From contig JAUCBJ010003476.1 of assembly GCA_032718475.1 (NCBI GenBank), forward strand, positions 1,995 to 65,994: a stretch of DNA of 64,000 nucleotides. Direction: 5' to 3'. Numbering within the stretch: position 1 is the stretch's first letter; every line of letters begins with the position of its first letter. Below are positions 48,853-64,000 of the stretch, one piece after another. Position numbers and translations under genes: made by a program. The stretch comes from Nemertoderma westbladi. Lineage: Eukaryota > Animalia > Xenacoelomorpha. The notes below the pieces were generated by a model that searched no databases, was not told where the DNA came from, and saw nothing but the letters and a program-made list of their open reading frames with translations.

Positions 48853-51800
48853 TCTTCGAGTTAGCTCACTCCTCCAGCTCACTCTTCGAGCCAGCTCACT
48901 CCTCAAGCTCACTCTTCGAGCCAGCTCACTCCTCAAGCTCACTCTTCGAGCCAACTCACTCCTCAAGATCACTCTTCGAGCCAGCTCACTCCTCAAGCTC
49001 ACTCTTCGAGCCAGCGCACTCCTCAAGCTCACTCCCCAAGCACACTCTTCGAACCAGCTCACTCCTCACGCTCACTCTTCGAGCCAGCTCACTCCCCAAG
49101 CTCACTCTTCGAGCCAGCACAATCCTCTCGCTCACTCTTCGAACAAACTCACTCATCAAGCTCACTCGTCGAGCAAGCTCACTCCTAAAGCTCACTCTTT
49201 GAGCCAGCTCACTCCTCAAGCTCACTTTTCGAGCCAGCTCACTCCTCACGCTCACTCTTCGAGCCAGCTCACTCATCAAGCTCACTCTTCGAGTCAGCTC
49301 ACTCCTCAAGCTCGCTCTTTGAGCCAACTCACTCCTCACGCTCACTCTTCGTGCCAGCTCACTCCTCAAGCTCAATCGTCGAGTCAGTTCACTCCTCAAG
49401 CTCACTCTTCGAGCCAGCTCACTCACCAAGCTCACTCTTCGAGCCAACTCACTCCTCAAGGTCACTCGTCGAGCCAGCTCACTCCTCACGCTTATTCTTC
49501 GAGCCAGCTCCCTCCCCAAGCTCACTCTTCGAGTCAGCTCACTCCTCAAGCTCACTCTTCTAGCCAGCTCACTCCTCACGCTCACTCTTCGAGCCAGCTC
49601 ACTCGTCGAGCCAGATCACTCATCAAGCTTGCTCTTCGAGTCAGCTCGCTCCTCAAGCTCACTCTTCGAGCCAGCTCACTCCTCAAGCTCACTCTTCGAG
49701 CCAGCTCACTCCCCAAGCTAACACTTCGAGCCAGCTCAATCCTCAAGCTCACTCTTCGAGCCAGCTCACTCCTCAAGCTCACTCTTCGAGCCAGCTCACT
49801 CCTCACGCTCACTCTTCGAGCCAGCTCACTCCTCACGCTCACTCTTCGAGCCAGCACAATCCTCTCGCTCACTCTTCGAGCCAACTCACTCCTCAAGCTC
49901 ACTCGTCGAGCCAGCTCACTCCTAAAGCTCACTCTTTGAGCCAGCTCAATCCTCAAGCTCACTCTTCGAGCCAGTTCACTCCTCAATCTCACTCTTCGAG
50001 CCAGATCACTCGTCGAGCCAGCTCACTCCTCACGCTCAATCTTCGAGCCAGCTCACTCTTCGAGTCAGCTCACTCCTCAAGCTCGCTCTTTGAGCCAACT
50101 CACTCCTCACGCTCACTCTTCGTGCCAGCTCACTCCTCAAGCTCAATCGTCGAGTCAGTTCACTCCTCAAGCTCACTCTTCGAGCCAGCTCACTCACCAA
50201 GCTCACTCTTCGAGCCAACTCACTCCTCAAGGTCACTCGTCGAGCCAGCTCACTCCTCACGCTTATTCTTCGAGCCAGCTCCCTCCCCAAGCTCACTCTT
50301 CGAGTCAGCTCACTCCTCAAGCTCACTCTTCTAGCCAGCTCACTCCTCACGCTCACTCTTCGAGCCAGCTCACTCGTCGAGCCAGCTCACTCATCAAGCT
50401 TACTCTTCGAGTCAGCTCGCTTCTCAAGCTCACTCTTCGAGCCAGCTCACTCCTCAAGCTCACTCTTCGAGCCAGCTCACTCCCCAAGCTAACACTTCGA
50501 GCCAGCTCAATCCTCAAGCTCACTCTTCGAGCTAGCTCACTCTTCAAGCTCACTCTTCGAGCCAGCTCACTCCTCACGCTCACTCTTCGAACCAGCTCAC
50601 TCCTCACGCTCACTCTTCGAGCCAGCACAATCATCTCGCTCACTCTTCGAGCCAACTCACTCCTCAAGCTCACTCGTAGAGCCAGCTCACTCCTAAAGCT
50701 CACTCTTTGAGCCAGCTCACTCCTCAAGCTCACTCTTCGAGCCAGTTCACTCCTCAATCTCACTCTTCGAGCCAGCTCACTCCTCACGCTCACTCTTCGA
50801 GCCGGCTCTCTCCTCACGCTCACTCTTCGAGCCAACTCACTCCTCACGCTCACTCTTCGTGCCAGCTCACTCCTCAAGCTCAATCGTCGAGTCAGTTCAC
50901 TCCTCAAGCTCACTCTTCGAGCCAGCTCACTCACCAAGCTCACTCTTCGAGCCAACTCACTCCTCAAGGTCACTCGTCGAGCCAGCTCACTCCTCACGCT
51001 TATTCTTCGAGCCAGCTCCCTCCCCAAGCTCACTCTTCGAGTCAGCTCACTCCTCAAGCTCACTCTTCTAGCCAGCTCACTCCTCACGCTCACTCTTCGA
51101 GCCAGCTCACTCGTCGAGCCAGATCACTCATCAAGCTTGCTCTTCGAGTCAGCTCGCTCCTCAAGCTCACTCTTCGAGCCAGCTCACTCCTCAAGCTCAC
51201 TCTTCGAGCCAGCTCACTCCCCAAGCTAACACTTCGAGCCAGCTCAATCCTCAAGCTCACTCTTCGAGCCAGCTCACTCCTCAAGCTCACTCTTCGAGCC
51301 AGCTCACTCCTCACGCTCACTCTTCGAGCCAGCTCACTCCTCACGCTCACTCTTCGAGCCAGCACAATCCTCTCGCTCACTCTTCGAGCCAACTCACTCC
51401 TCAAGCTCACTCGTCGAGCCAGCTCACTCCTAAAGCTCACTCTTTGAGCCAGCTCAATCCTCAAGCTCACTCTTCGAGCCAGTTCACTCCTCAATCTCAC
51501 TCTTCGAGCCAGATCACTCGTCGAGCCAGCTCACTCCTCACGCTCAATCTTCGAGCCAGCTCACTCTTCGAGTCAGCTCACTCCTCAAGCTCGCTCTTTG
51601 AGCCAACTCACTCCTCACGCTCACTCTTCGTGCCAGCTCACTCCTCAAGCTCAATCGTCGAGTCAGTTCACTCCTCAAGCTCACTCTTCGAGCCAGCTCA
51701 CTCACCAAGCTCACTCTTCGAGCCAACTCACTCCTCAAGGTCACTCGTCGAGCCAGCTCACTCCTCACGCTTATTCTTCGAGCCAGCTCCCTCCCCAAGC

Positions 51801-53367
51801 TCACTCTTCGAGTCAGCTCACTCCTCAAGCTCACTCTTCTAGCCAGCTCACTCCTCACGCTCACTCTTCGAGCCAGCTCACTCGTCGAGCCAGCTCACTC
51901 ATCAAGCTTACTCTTCGAGTCAGCTCGCTTCTCAAGCTCACTCTTCGAGCCAGCTCACTCCTCAAGCTCACTCTTCGAGCCAGCTCACTCCCCAAGCTAA
52001 CACTTCGAGCCAGCTCAATCCTCAAGCTCACTCTTCGAGCTAGCTCACTCTTCAAGCTCACTCTTCGAGCCAGCTCACTCCTCACGCTCACTCTTCGAAC
52101 CAGCTCACTCCTCACGCTCACTCTTCGAGCCAGCACAATCATCTCGCTCACTCTTCGAGCCAACTCACTCCTCAAGCTCACTCGTAGAGCCAGCTCACTC
52201 CTAAAGCTCACTCTTTGAGCCAGCTCACTCCTCAAGCTCACTCTTCGAGCCAGTTCACTCCTCAATCTCACTCTTCGAGCCAGCTCACTCCTCACGCTCA
52301 CTCTTCGAGCCGGCTCTCTCCTCACGCTCACTCTTCGAGCCAGCTCACTCATCAAGCTCACTCTTCGAGTCAGCTCACTCCTCAAGCTCACTCTTCGAGC
52401 CAACTCACTCCTCACGCTCACTCTTCGTGCCAGCTCACTCCTCAAGCTCAATCTTCGAGTCAGTTCACTCCTCAAGCTCACTCTTCGAGCCAGCTCACTC
52501 CTCAAGCTCACTCATCGAGCCAACTCACTCCTCAAGGTCACTCGTCGAGCCAGCTCACTCCTCACGCTTATTCTTCGAGCCAGCTCACTCCCCAAGCTCA
52601 CTCTTCGAGTCAACTCACTCCTCAAGCTCACTCTTCTAGCCAGATCACTCCTCACGCTCACTCTTCGAGCCAGCTAACTCGTCGAGCCAGCTCACTCCTC
52701 AAGCTTACTCTTCGAGTCAGCTCACTCCTCAAGCTCACTCTTCGAGCCAACTCACTCCTCACGCTCACTCTTCGAGCCAGCTCACTCCTCAAGCTCACTC
52801 TTAAAGTCAGTTCACTCCTCAAGCTCGCTCATCGAGCCAGCTCACTCCCCAAGCTCACTCTTCGAGTCAACTCACTCCTCAAGCTCACTCTTCTAGCCAG
52901 ATCACTCCTCACGCTCACTCTTCGAGCCAGCTAACTCGTCGAGCCAGCTCACTCATCAAGCTTACTCTTCGAGTCAGCTCACTCCTCAAGCTCACTCTTC
53001 GAGCCAACTCACTCCTCACGCTCACTCTTCGAGCCAGCTCACTCCTCAAGCTCACTCTTAAAGTCAGTTCACTCCTCAAGCTCGCTCATCGAGCCAGCTC
53101 ACTCCTCAAGCTCACTCTTCGAGCCAACTCACTCAAGGTCACTCGTCGAGCCAGCTCACTTTTCACGCTCATTCTTCGAGCCAGCTCGCCCCCAAGCTCA
53201 CTCTTCGAGTCAGCTCACTCCTCAAGCTCACTCTTCGAGCCAGCTCACTCCTCACGCTCACTCTTCGAGCCAGCTCACTCCTCAAGCTCACTCTTCGAGT
53301 CAGCTCACTCATCAAGCTCACTCTTCGAGCCAGCTCACTCTTCAAACCAGCACATTCTCCGAGCCAG
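48853..53367. repeat. 30-bp satellite array (~4.5 kb) with 1508-bp higher-order repeat
   Basis: Unit CTCACTCTTCGAGCCAG-CTCACTCCTCAAG; identical ORF-track translations recur 1508 bp apart (49199/50707, 49351/50859, 50090/51598). Confidence 0.95.
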
Positions 53368-53429
53368 GTTAGATAAAAAATTAACAAACAAAAAAAAAAT
53401 TAGTAAAACCGAAAATGCATTTAGTTGAA

Positions 53430-53435
53430 TTTATT
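53430..53435 (-). terminator. Candidate ZFR polyadenylation signal
   Basis: AATAAA on the minus strand ~770 nt after the stop, followed ~30 nt later by a T/GT-rich tract (TTTTTTTTTTGTTTGTT). Confidence 0.5.
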
Positions 53436-54016
53436 GTCCAAGTTGCTAATTTAAGATAACTTCCGCACTTTATAAGTGTAACACAACATAGAATATATTT
53501 TGGATACGACAACAGAACATTGACAATGGTGTACCAAATACATAGTTGGTATATATATGACTATTATAGTCCTGAACAAAAAGTAAAATGCAGTTGAACA
53601 AGCAAAATACATGAACCAAATGAGAGGAAAAATATAAGAAATATCATAACCCTGCAAAAAGGAATATATCCTGAATTTAAACATTTCAAAAATAACATCC
53701 AATATCGTTATTCGGTTGAGAATTATTGTTTACAGCCAATAGAAATAATTTAGGAAATAAAAACTTAGGTTTTAATACAATTAGCGAGGTTTAGAGTTCC
53801 TGAAGAATCATATTGAGAAACAAACTTATGGAGAGGATCAATGAGAAATGTTTCTCATGAAAAGTTAAAGCAAATTCTAAGGGATACCGGCTGCAACGTT
53901 ATAGAAGTAAAAATAAAAGTCCCTCCTGAATGTCATACAATAGTTATACAATGACTGTCACAATACTGCCGCCACATAGAACAGTAAAAACAAAAATAGC
54001 CTAACTGCAATGAGAA

Positions 54017-54139
54017 TTCTGGAACATCAGCTACTTCACTGCCTTCCAATACATTGAGTGTTCTAGAACGCCAGTTACTTCACTGCCTTCCAATACATTG
54101 AGTGTTCTAGAACGCCAGTTACTTCACTGCCTTCCAATT
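54017..54139. repeat. 44-bp tandem repeat (~3 copies) in the ZFR 3' UTR
   Basis: TTCTAGAACGCCAGTTACTTCACTGCCTTCCAATACATTGAGTG repeated. Confidence 0.85.
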
Positions 54140-54199
54140 CCAATATTATGAGTATCTAACATCGGTTATTTAACTGCCTTCAATATGATTCCATTCCTT

Positions 54200-54237
54200 T
54201 TATTTACCATCTTCTACTTTTTCTTTCTTGTCAATAG
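54200..54237 (-). CDS. ZFR: ZFR terminal coding exon
   Basis: Strong acceptor TTTTTGCTCTTTTTATTTCAG|; phase-1 join gives (A)IDKKEKVEDGK*, resembling the KKDKK-type ZFR C-terminus. Confidence 0.75.
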
Positions 54238-54329
54238 CTGAAATAAAAAGAGCAAAAATTCAAAAAACGCCAATCCAACATATAGAATTGCAAGAATATA
54301 AAAAAATACAGAAAATCATTACTTTATAC

Positions 54330-54420
54330 TAGTGTTGCGACGGGATCCCGATGGAAAATCCCGATCCCGATCCCGTCCCGATCTCGATGAAAAAATATCG
54401 GGATTTTTCGGGATTTGCTA
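54330..54420. mobile_element. Probable left end of a hAT-like non-autonomous element
   Basis: TAGTGTTG terminus followed by several ATCCCG/CGGGAT subterminal motifs; no matching right end found. Confidence 0.35.
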
Positions 54421-54683
54421 TATTATCTGAATTTATATGCCCTTCAGCTTAAAATTTGTTAAATTATATAAAAATGTACAATTTTTCCCAATAACAAAAT
54501 TCAATATTTTTGTGAAAACAAAAATAATGAATAATAAAGTAAAAGTATAGGTAAACGGTTTTGCTTTTACAATTACCTACCTACAGTACTACAGAGATGA
54601 ATGTCTAGATTATAAATCAGAGAAACACTTGTTGCTTATTTGCTATGCTTTATATTGAATATGATAAACATGTTTATGTGGCA

Positions 54684-55030
54684 GCTGGGTTCACTGTGTC
54701 AAGTACAATGCACACATCTTCAACCAGACACTATATAACATTGGAGGTGTCTCATTGGTTCCCCCAAGCTGGACACTTGAACAAAGCCGCCTCTGCTTTG
54801 CAGGACATTGCTTTCGCCGTGAGGACCAGCCAGTGCATAATCTTGTGCTTTGGCAGCCTCATGGAGTGAATAAGCATGATGGACAGCCCATGACTTTCTT
54901 GAGACGCATCTTAAAGGACACTGGCCTTAAAGATGCGGATGATCTAGCAAATGTCATGGGTGATAGGGAGTTGTGGCGGTGCAATTTTGTCGATAAGCCG
55001 GCATAGCATTTCTTAATGCACGCTGCATTG
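54684..55030 (+). mobile_element. 3' fragment of the same RTE-like family as 26397-27721, antisense in the last ZFR intron
   Basis: Encodes FAGHCFRREDQPVHNLVLWQPHG..TGLKDADDLANVMGDRELWRCNFVDKPA, almost identical to the C-terminus of ORF 26450-27109; ends in one degenerate ATGCA(C)GCTGCA tail unit. Confidence 0.9.
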
Positions 55031-55049
55031 GGGAAGCCAATTGTGGATC

Positions 55050-58384
<3,335 letters not shown>

Positions 58385-58704
58385 CTAAAGAGAACATAAA
58401 AAAATGTTATATAATCGATAAAACAAGAACGTACTAAAAGGAAAATCACTTTTTTTATTTATAATAAAGTAAAATTGGCCCGAAATTCAACTATTCTTGA
58501 ATTGAATTATACGCGAGTTTATGACTCGCGTCGCTCGTGCACTTAATGCGAAAGAGTGTAAAACTCAATACGCGAGTTCATTATAGACATACTATCTGCA
58601 CTTTTTCCTGAAATGACGTATTTATCTAAAAACAAAAACATATAAATATACAAAATACAACCAAGGGACAAAAATGTCCACAGTTCTAAAAAACAACCTT
58701 GTCT

Positions 58705-59930
58705 TCAGGGGGCTCGCAAAGTGGGGCGTACACTACAGCTTGCACGGGAGGAGACCGGGTTCAAGGAGGCGATCGAAGACATGTCACAGACCCGACGACG
58801 CACAGTACAACGAGCTGTTGACTACCGTACCAGCGGCTGGATTTCCTGTCTCCCCCATGCAGAGCATCACCTCGACCTTTCTCCTCGTGAGTTCCGTGAT
58901 GCGGTGGCCATCCGCTATGGTCGGCCCCTCGCCTCGGTTCCGAGCCGGTGCGATGGGTGCGGGGCCCCCTTCGATCTTAACCACGGGTTAAATTGCAAGA
59001 AAGGAGGTCTCGTCATCCAGCGCCACAATGAGCTACGGGACGTTGTGGGCGACCTGGCGGCGGCAGCGTTCGGGCCCCGCAATGTTACTTGCGAGCCGGT
59101 CGTTCGGGAGCAGCAGGGGGTCGACGGAGCGTCTGGTCTTCGGTGTGACGTGGGCATTCGGGGGGCGTTTAACCCGCAGACCCAGGCGTTGATCGACATC
59201 AGGTTGGTTAACCTTGACGCCGGGTCTTATGCGGGGCGCTCCCCGATGTCAGTCCTCGAGTCAGCCGAAGACGAGAAGAAGCGGCTCTACTCCGACGCAG
59301 TCTGGGCGCGGCGTGGCGACTTCTCGCCATACGTTGCCTCCTGCGACGGAGTGTTGGCCCCCCAAGCGGACAAGCTCCTCAGGACCATTGCCCAGAAGCT
59401 CCACCGGACGTGGGGGAGACCCTACAGCATGGTGATGGGGTGGGTCCGTACCCGGGTCCAGCTGGCTATCATACGCGGGGCTTCCCATTGCCTTAGAGGG
59501 TCGCGGACGAAATGGCGTAGCGGGCTCGGGCTGGACGACGGCGCAGGGATACCAGGTATATCTCGAATTTGATGAGGCAATGCGGAAGAAACCGAAGATA
59601 TTGATTGGCGGTAGATAGAGACTTATTTGTGGAGATGGAGTTTATGCTATTGCAGTTGGTTACATTATGACGTTGTTGGTACGATCTACTTCTTTTATAT
59701 TTATGATTAATCGTTTTACATTGATGACAATATTTATTATGTATCATTATGTGCATCATTATGTATTATATATAACATTTATTTTCTTAATTAAAAATTA
59801 TTTACTATTTACTATGTACAGTATGCTTCCTTTCAGTAATTGCTATACAAACTAGAAAGCGAAAGTATAACTTTTTTACAAATAAATAAACATTTTTTAC
59901 AAATTCAAATAAAATAAATAAATTTTTTGA
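58705..59930 (+). mobile_element. 5'-truncated non-LTR retrotransposon with restriction-like endonuclease (CRE-clade-like), antisense in a ZFR intron
   Basis: ORF 58721-59572: SGWISCLP..FRDAVAIRYG; zinc knuckle CDGC..HGLNC; RHNELRD; RCDV..IDIRLVN; AEDEKKRLY; FSPYV..DG. GC-rich ORF followed by an AT-rich 3' UTR ending in AAAT repeats. Boundaries approximate. Confidence 0.8.
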
Positions 59931-59965
59931 TAAAAATTAGAATTGTTTTAGCCCAACATATCCTA

Positions 59966-60103
<138 letters not shown>

Positions 60104-61483
60104 TTAGTAATTCAATATTTACTCACTGGTGATTGGGTAGAAAATGATTGAATGAATAATTTAATTTACTTGTATTGAGTATTTTGTACTTTACATTATT
60201 TCCATTCAATCATTTATCCGCCAACCACCCCCAGCTACTTTCCAGCCTTATGCAAATTTTATTGCATTTGATTTCTTGATGCGCGTCAATTAAACAATAA
60301 AAAATTAGGATTCAAATATATACCGGTTATTAACCGTAAGAATTAAGTAAAGATCCCCTTCCATAATTATGTAAACAATAAAAAAAACTATTCACATGTG
60401 TAAAGTATAACTTTACAGTGTGATGATCCGAGCGGTTTGTTTCACGAACGAACGTAGCGAGCGAGTTCATGTAAGCCACGAGGAGCAGTACACTGCAAAG
60501 TAATTTGCAATAAGTATATGAATGTAGATTTATTCCAAAATACGAATCATGTATATGAAACTTCTATTGTTAAAAAAAGATGTACTATTTTCTGGAATTT
60601 CTCAAATTGCGTACAATAATATGAACTTATAAACCTCCGAAGTAGAAAACATTTGGAATAAATTAAAAAAATATAATAACTAAACTGCCAAAAGTTTTAC
60701 GCAATATGACCGTTTGCCAATAACTCCTAGTACGCATAAGGTTGCCAGGCAATGCCCAATCAATACTAAGGAACGCAAATTGTTTCCGAGGTATCTATGA
60801 TCTATCTCAACGTAAATGCAATTAAGTTGTTCAGTGACATAATTTTACACTATTTATTCGGGATACAATATTATTTAATAGCACTTTACGGCACCAGTGT
60901 GATATTTTTTCCCGAGAGATAGAGATTGAATATAACAAAGGCGAGTGTTGCAAAAGATTTAATATCCAATCAAGGTGCTGCCAATACTAGCGCCAACGAC
61001 GTTAAGGATATTAAAATTTTGGAATAAAACACATTGCGATTAGAAGAGTTTATAAATGAATCATAATTTTTTCGAATTAGTTAGCCACTCGGAATTAATA
61101 AACAATTGTTTTACCAACATTAATTGAAGATCAACTCACTAAACTTAAATAAATTTCGTTTACAAAATAAGTTTGGCATACTTTTAGCGAGACTAAAAAT
61201 GACAAGAAAAATAATGCCATCCAAAATTCAATTCATTTCGGCAAAATAAAGAAAATACCTTCAAAATAATTATTATAATATCCTAGTAGAAAAAAATAAA
61301 ATGAGAGGAAATTACAATAAACGCCAGTAAAACATGATCGAGAAAAATTAATCAAAAAGTTATAAATATATCTCTCTAGTTTCTATTCCATGTGGAAATT
61401 TATCTCAAATAAAATGATTTTGCAGTGATATAATAAGGCTGAGAAGTATTACAATAAGGTTAAATACTAAATCTACGACAAAC

Positions 61484-61572
61484 CTGGAACCACTTTGCGT
61501 GGCGCAGGGCTGCCAACGCACCCAGGCAGCCTTGTACGTCCAGAACATCGAATGGATCAACCTTGGCCTCTT
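61484..61572 (-). CDS. ZFR: ZFR coding exon (DZF domain)
   Basis: CTGCAG|(E)EAKVDPFDVLDVQGCLGALAALRHAKWFQ|GTTTGT, 89 nt, phase 1/0; ALAALRHAKWFQ is the ZFR-type DZF motif. Confidence 0.93.
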
Positions 61573-63753
61573 CTGCAGATACAGTAAACTTTTGGGTTAG
61601 TGGAAGGGTCGTCACAGAAGAATTGGGGCGAGTCATACACACATCTTTCTTTATTACTTGTATCATAGATAATATATATTTGAGTTTAATAGTACCTTAT
61701 TTCCATTTTAAATTTTGCATAATTTCATCATTTTGTAGTCACAATCTTTAATTACTTCGATACAACTCAAAAAGAGCTATGGCTACTGTAATGGGTGAAC
61801 TTTACCCAATATTTGAAAAGGTTAACCAACGGCTATGGTAAAGTAGTAACGTATGTAATTGAGATGTCTTACTGACTGGCAGAGAAAGGTGTGTGTTTTA
61901 AGTAAAAACATATTCGAGCACTTTCATATTATTTCCTTATATACCACGACTATAGTTTATGTCTTGTTTATTAAAATCCAACATTTAAAAATTAGAGACC
62001 GATAGTTATCACCTTTTCTTATAATTTAAACTGTGTTTTTATTTCAGAAATTATTTAGCTAATAATACATTCATTGCTATTTATTCTGTTGTATTTTTAA
62101 GAAGGACTGATTTGGGTCGGGGGTTGAGAGTGTCGTGAGTGTCTCGATCCTTCCACCAGATGTCCCACAGAGAACACCGGCCCTCCCGTTGGGTGCGCCC
62201 ACTCGCCGCTAGGGGGCGCTACCGGGTAGGGAGGGCCGATGACTCACCTAATGCAGTAGAGAAATATTGCCAATGTTAAAGGCACGTTAGTGACGTAGGC
62301 ATGACGTTGCTGTTAGCCAATAAGCGAGCAGCAACGTCATACCTTCTTTGTAAACACAAACAAACAATCAATAATAAATAAATGACAAACAAACGAACGG
62401 CCGACCGACAGATGGACACACAAACAGACAGACCGACTACAGACGCACGGTGTCAGTTATCGCCAAACGATAAAAATAACGACACACAGACAAATAAACA
62501 GACGGAAAAACACAGATAAACACCACAAATTAATAATAACTTTATAATATAATTAATTCATTATTTAGTTTAGTATGAATTCTGTATCGCCACTAGAGAG
62601 ATCAGAATTTAACAGGAACTTCTGGAATATTTATTTTTATCCGACAACCAATAAACATTTGGTCAAACCGTAAAAAGAGGAAAAATGTAATTTTTTCCTG
62701 GAAATAAATAAATTTTGCATAAGTCCATTTTCTGGAAATTTGGTGTTTGGGTTGTTTTGAAAAGTCGAAGACAATAAAAATCGAACTCAATCTTAGCAAA
62801 ATTCCTAGGAAGTAGAGAAAAAGTAACATAAAGTAGCACTTTATATACGCAGTACTAACAGTACTTTTATCAACATGACGTAATTGTATTCAAAAATTGA
62901 TTTTCAAAAATTTGATTGACATTTATTTGCCGAGTTAACATTTCTATGGTCTGACTCAAACCCTGGGATATAAATAACTGTAATGAATTACATTTACTAA
63001 TAAATAATATGATCCAATAAATAAACCGCATTGGCTGGATTCCTAGGAATTCCGCTGAATATTACCGGTGACATATTCAATTCCTTACGACTCAATGACG
63101 TCATCGAGATGTTTTGGTACAATAAAAACATAACTAAATGAATGATGTTATTTCTTATACTTAATTATACTAGAATTCCAGTAAATATAAGAAAATAACT
63201 ACAAACTATTGATGACTCAGACCCCCCCCCCCCCCCCCCCCCCCCCTCTGCCTTTCCAACGTATTTAAAATAAATTTCGTAAATGTTTCCTTCTATTTAT
63301 ATTTATTTTCCCATATAGCTTTATTTCAGAAGCGATTCCAAATCGATTCCAAAAAAATAAATAATATTCGTAAAAGTATCAATAAATAGTCTGATATGAA
63401 CCCACAGTCGAGATGATAAATTAGTGGCATATAGTCGGGCAATATTGGCGTTAACAGATTGCCACATAAAGATTCATTGAATAACATCACATTTCAGAGT
63501 GGTTGAGTTGCCCCTGACTCATTATTTAGTAAAAAAAGATTATTATTGCTGGGAATGTTTGGGGTCCGTGTCATCAAATCATATCACTACAGAAGAGCCA
63601 CACGATGTTAGTATACTCACTCACACGTAATACATTATTGCTAAGGTATTAGACTGTATGAACTTGAATCAACTAAAATATAATAATAATAATATTATAC
63701 GAGACAAAGGTTAGTTCAACGCCATCTAGCGGCCGTATTGGGTACTTACTAAC

Positions 63754-63892
63754 CTCCTTCAATAGGGACTTCCCTAACAGCTGGGCTGGTTAACTGGATC
63801 TGTATAGTAACAACCGGATCCTTTTGGGTCTTCAATACGATCGCGCCCAAGCCGATGTGGATCTTAAAGTCGATCGAATCCTCAGTAATTTT
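63754..63892 (-). CDS. ZFR: ZFR coding exon (DZF domain); the gene continues beyond the window
   Basis: TTTTGCAG|KITEDSIDFKIHIGLGAIVLKTQKDPVVTIQIQLTSPAVREVPIEG|GTTAGT, 139 nt, phase 0/1, compatible with the next exon; the LTSP..RE motif belongs to DZF proteins. Confidence 0.85.
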
Positions 63893-64000
63893 CTGCAAAA
63901 AGATACAGTTAAATTATTAAAAACAATAAAGAAGTAGGACAATCGGTCGAACGGACGGACAGTCGGTTGGTCGGTCGGACGGACTGACAGTCGGACGGAG

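Noticed and set aside
48817-53387. Long repetitive ORFs (SELARRVSLR, SSQLTPQAHS) on both strands
   Set aside because: By-products of a 30-bp satellite; frames switch at unit indels, starts are mostly non-ATG, and there is no splice or promoter context.
60390-60545. Imperfect palindrome with CGAACGTAGCGAGCGAG core (similar one at ~58505-58580), Crypton-like non-autonomous element
   Set aside because: Too degenerate to define ends or family by eye.

Overview
AT-rich animal (bilaterian, probably invertebrate) genomic DNA. Host genes: two convergent tRNA-Thr(AGT) genes (1.8-2.2 kb); a complete three-exon Zic/odd-paired zinc-finger gene (+, 7609-16402); and the last five coding exons of a ZFR (DZF-domain, dsRNA-binding) gene (-, 54200-63892). 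Between them is a nested transposon cluster. A 5'-truncated RTE-type LINE is followed by a BEL/Pao LTR retrotransposon (27899-47032; 1195-bp LTRs differing at about 7 sites by eye; CCAGA target duplication) that landed inside a tRNA-like sequence. Inside its 5' LTR sits a 4542-bp IS3EU-like DNA transposon (28138-32679; TATGG..CCATA ends, ~370-bp TIRs, CACGTG duplication). Strongest candidates for undescribed biology: (1) the DNA transposon carries an intronless alpha-kinase (eEF2K/TRPM7 type) gene convergent to its transposase; (2) the BEL/Pao element has no tRNA primer-binding site, and the 12 nt right after the 5' LTR are exactly complementary to a site inside the LTR, suggesting Tf1-like self-priming; it also has non-envelope accessory ORFs, a second PPT and a cluster of consensus splice donors; (3) ZFR has an intronic branch-point/AG|GTGAGT site with an in-frame stop inside a GC-rich hairpin (candidate poison exon or recursive splice site), plus a 3-kb minisatellite built from its own exon/donor junction. 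All calls come from reading the sequence by eye; no database search was run, so novelty is unverified.
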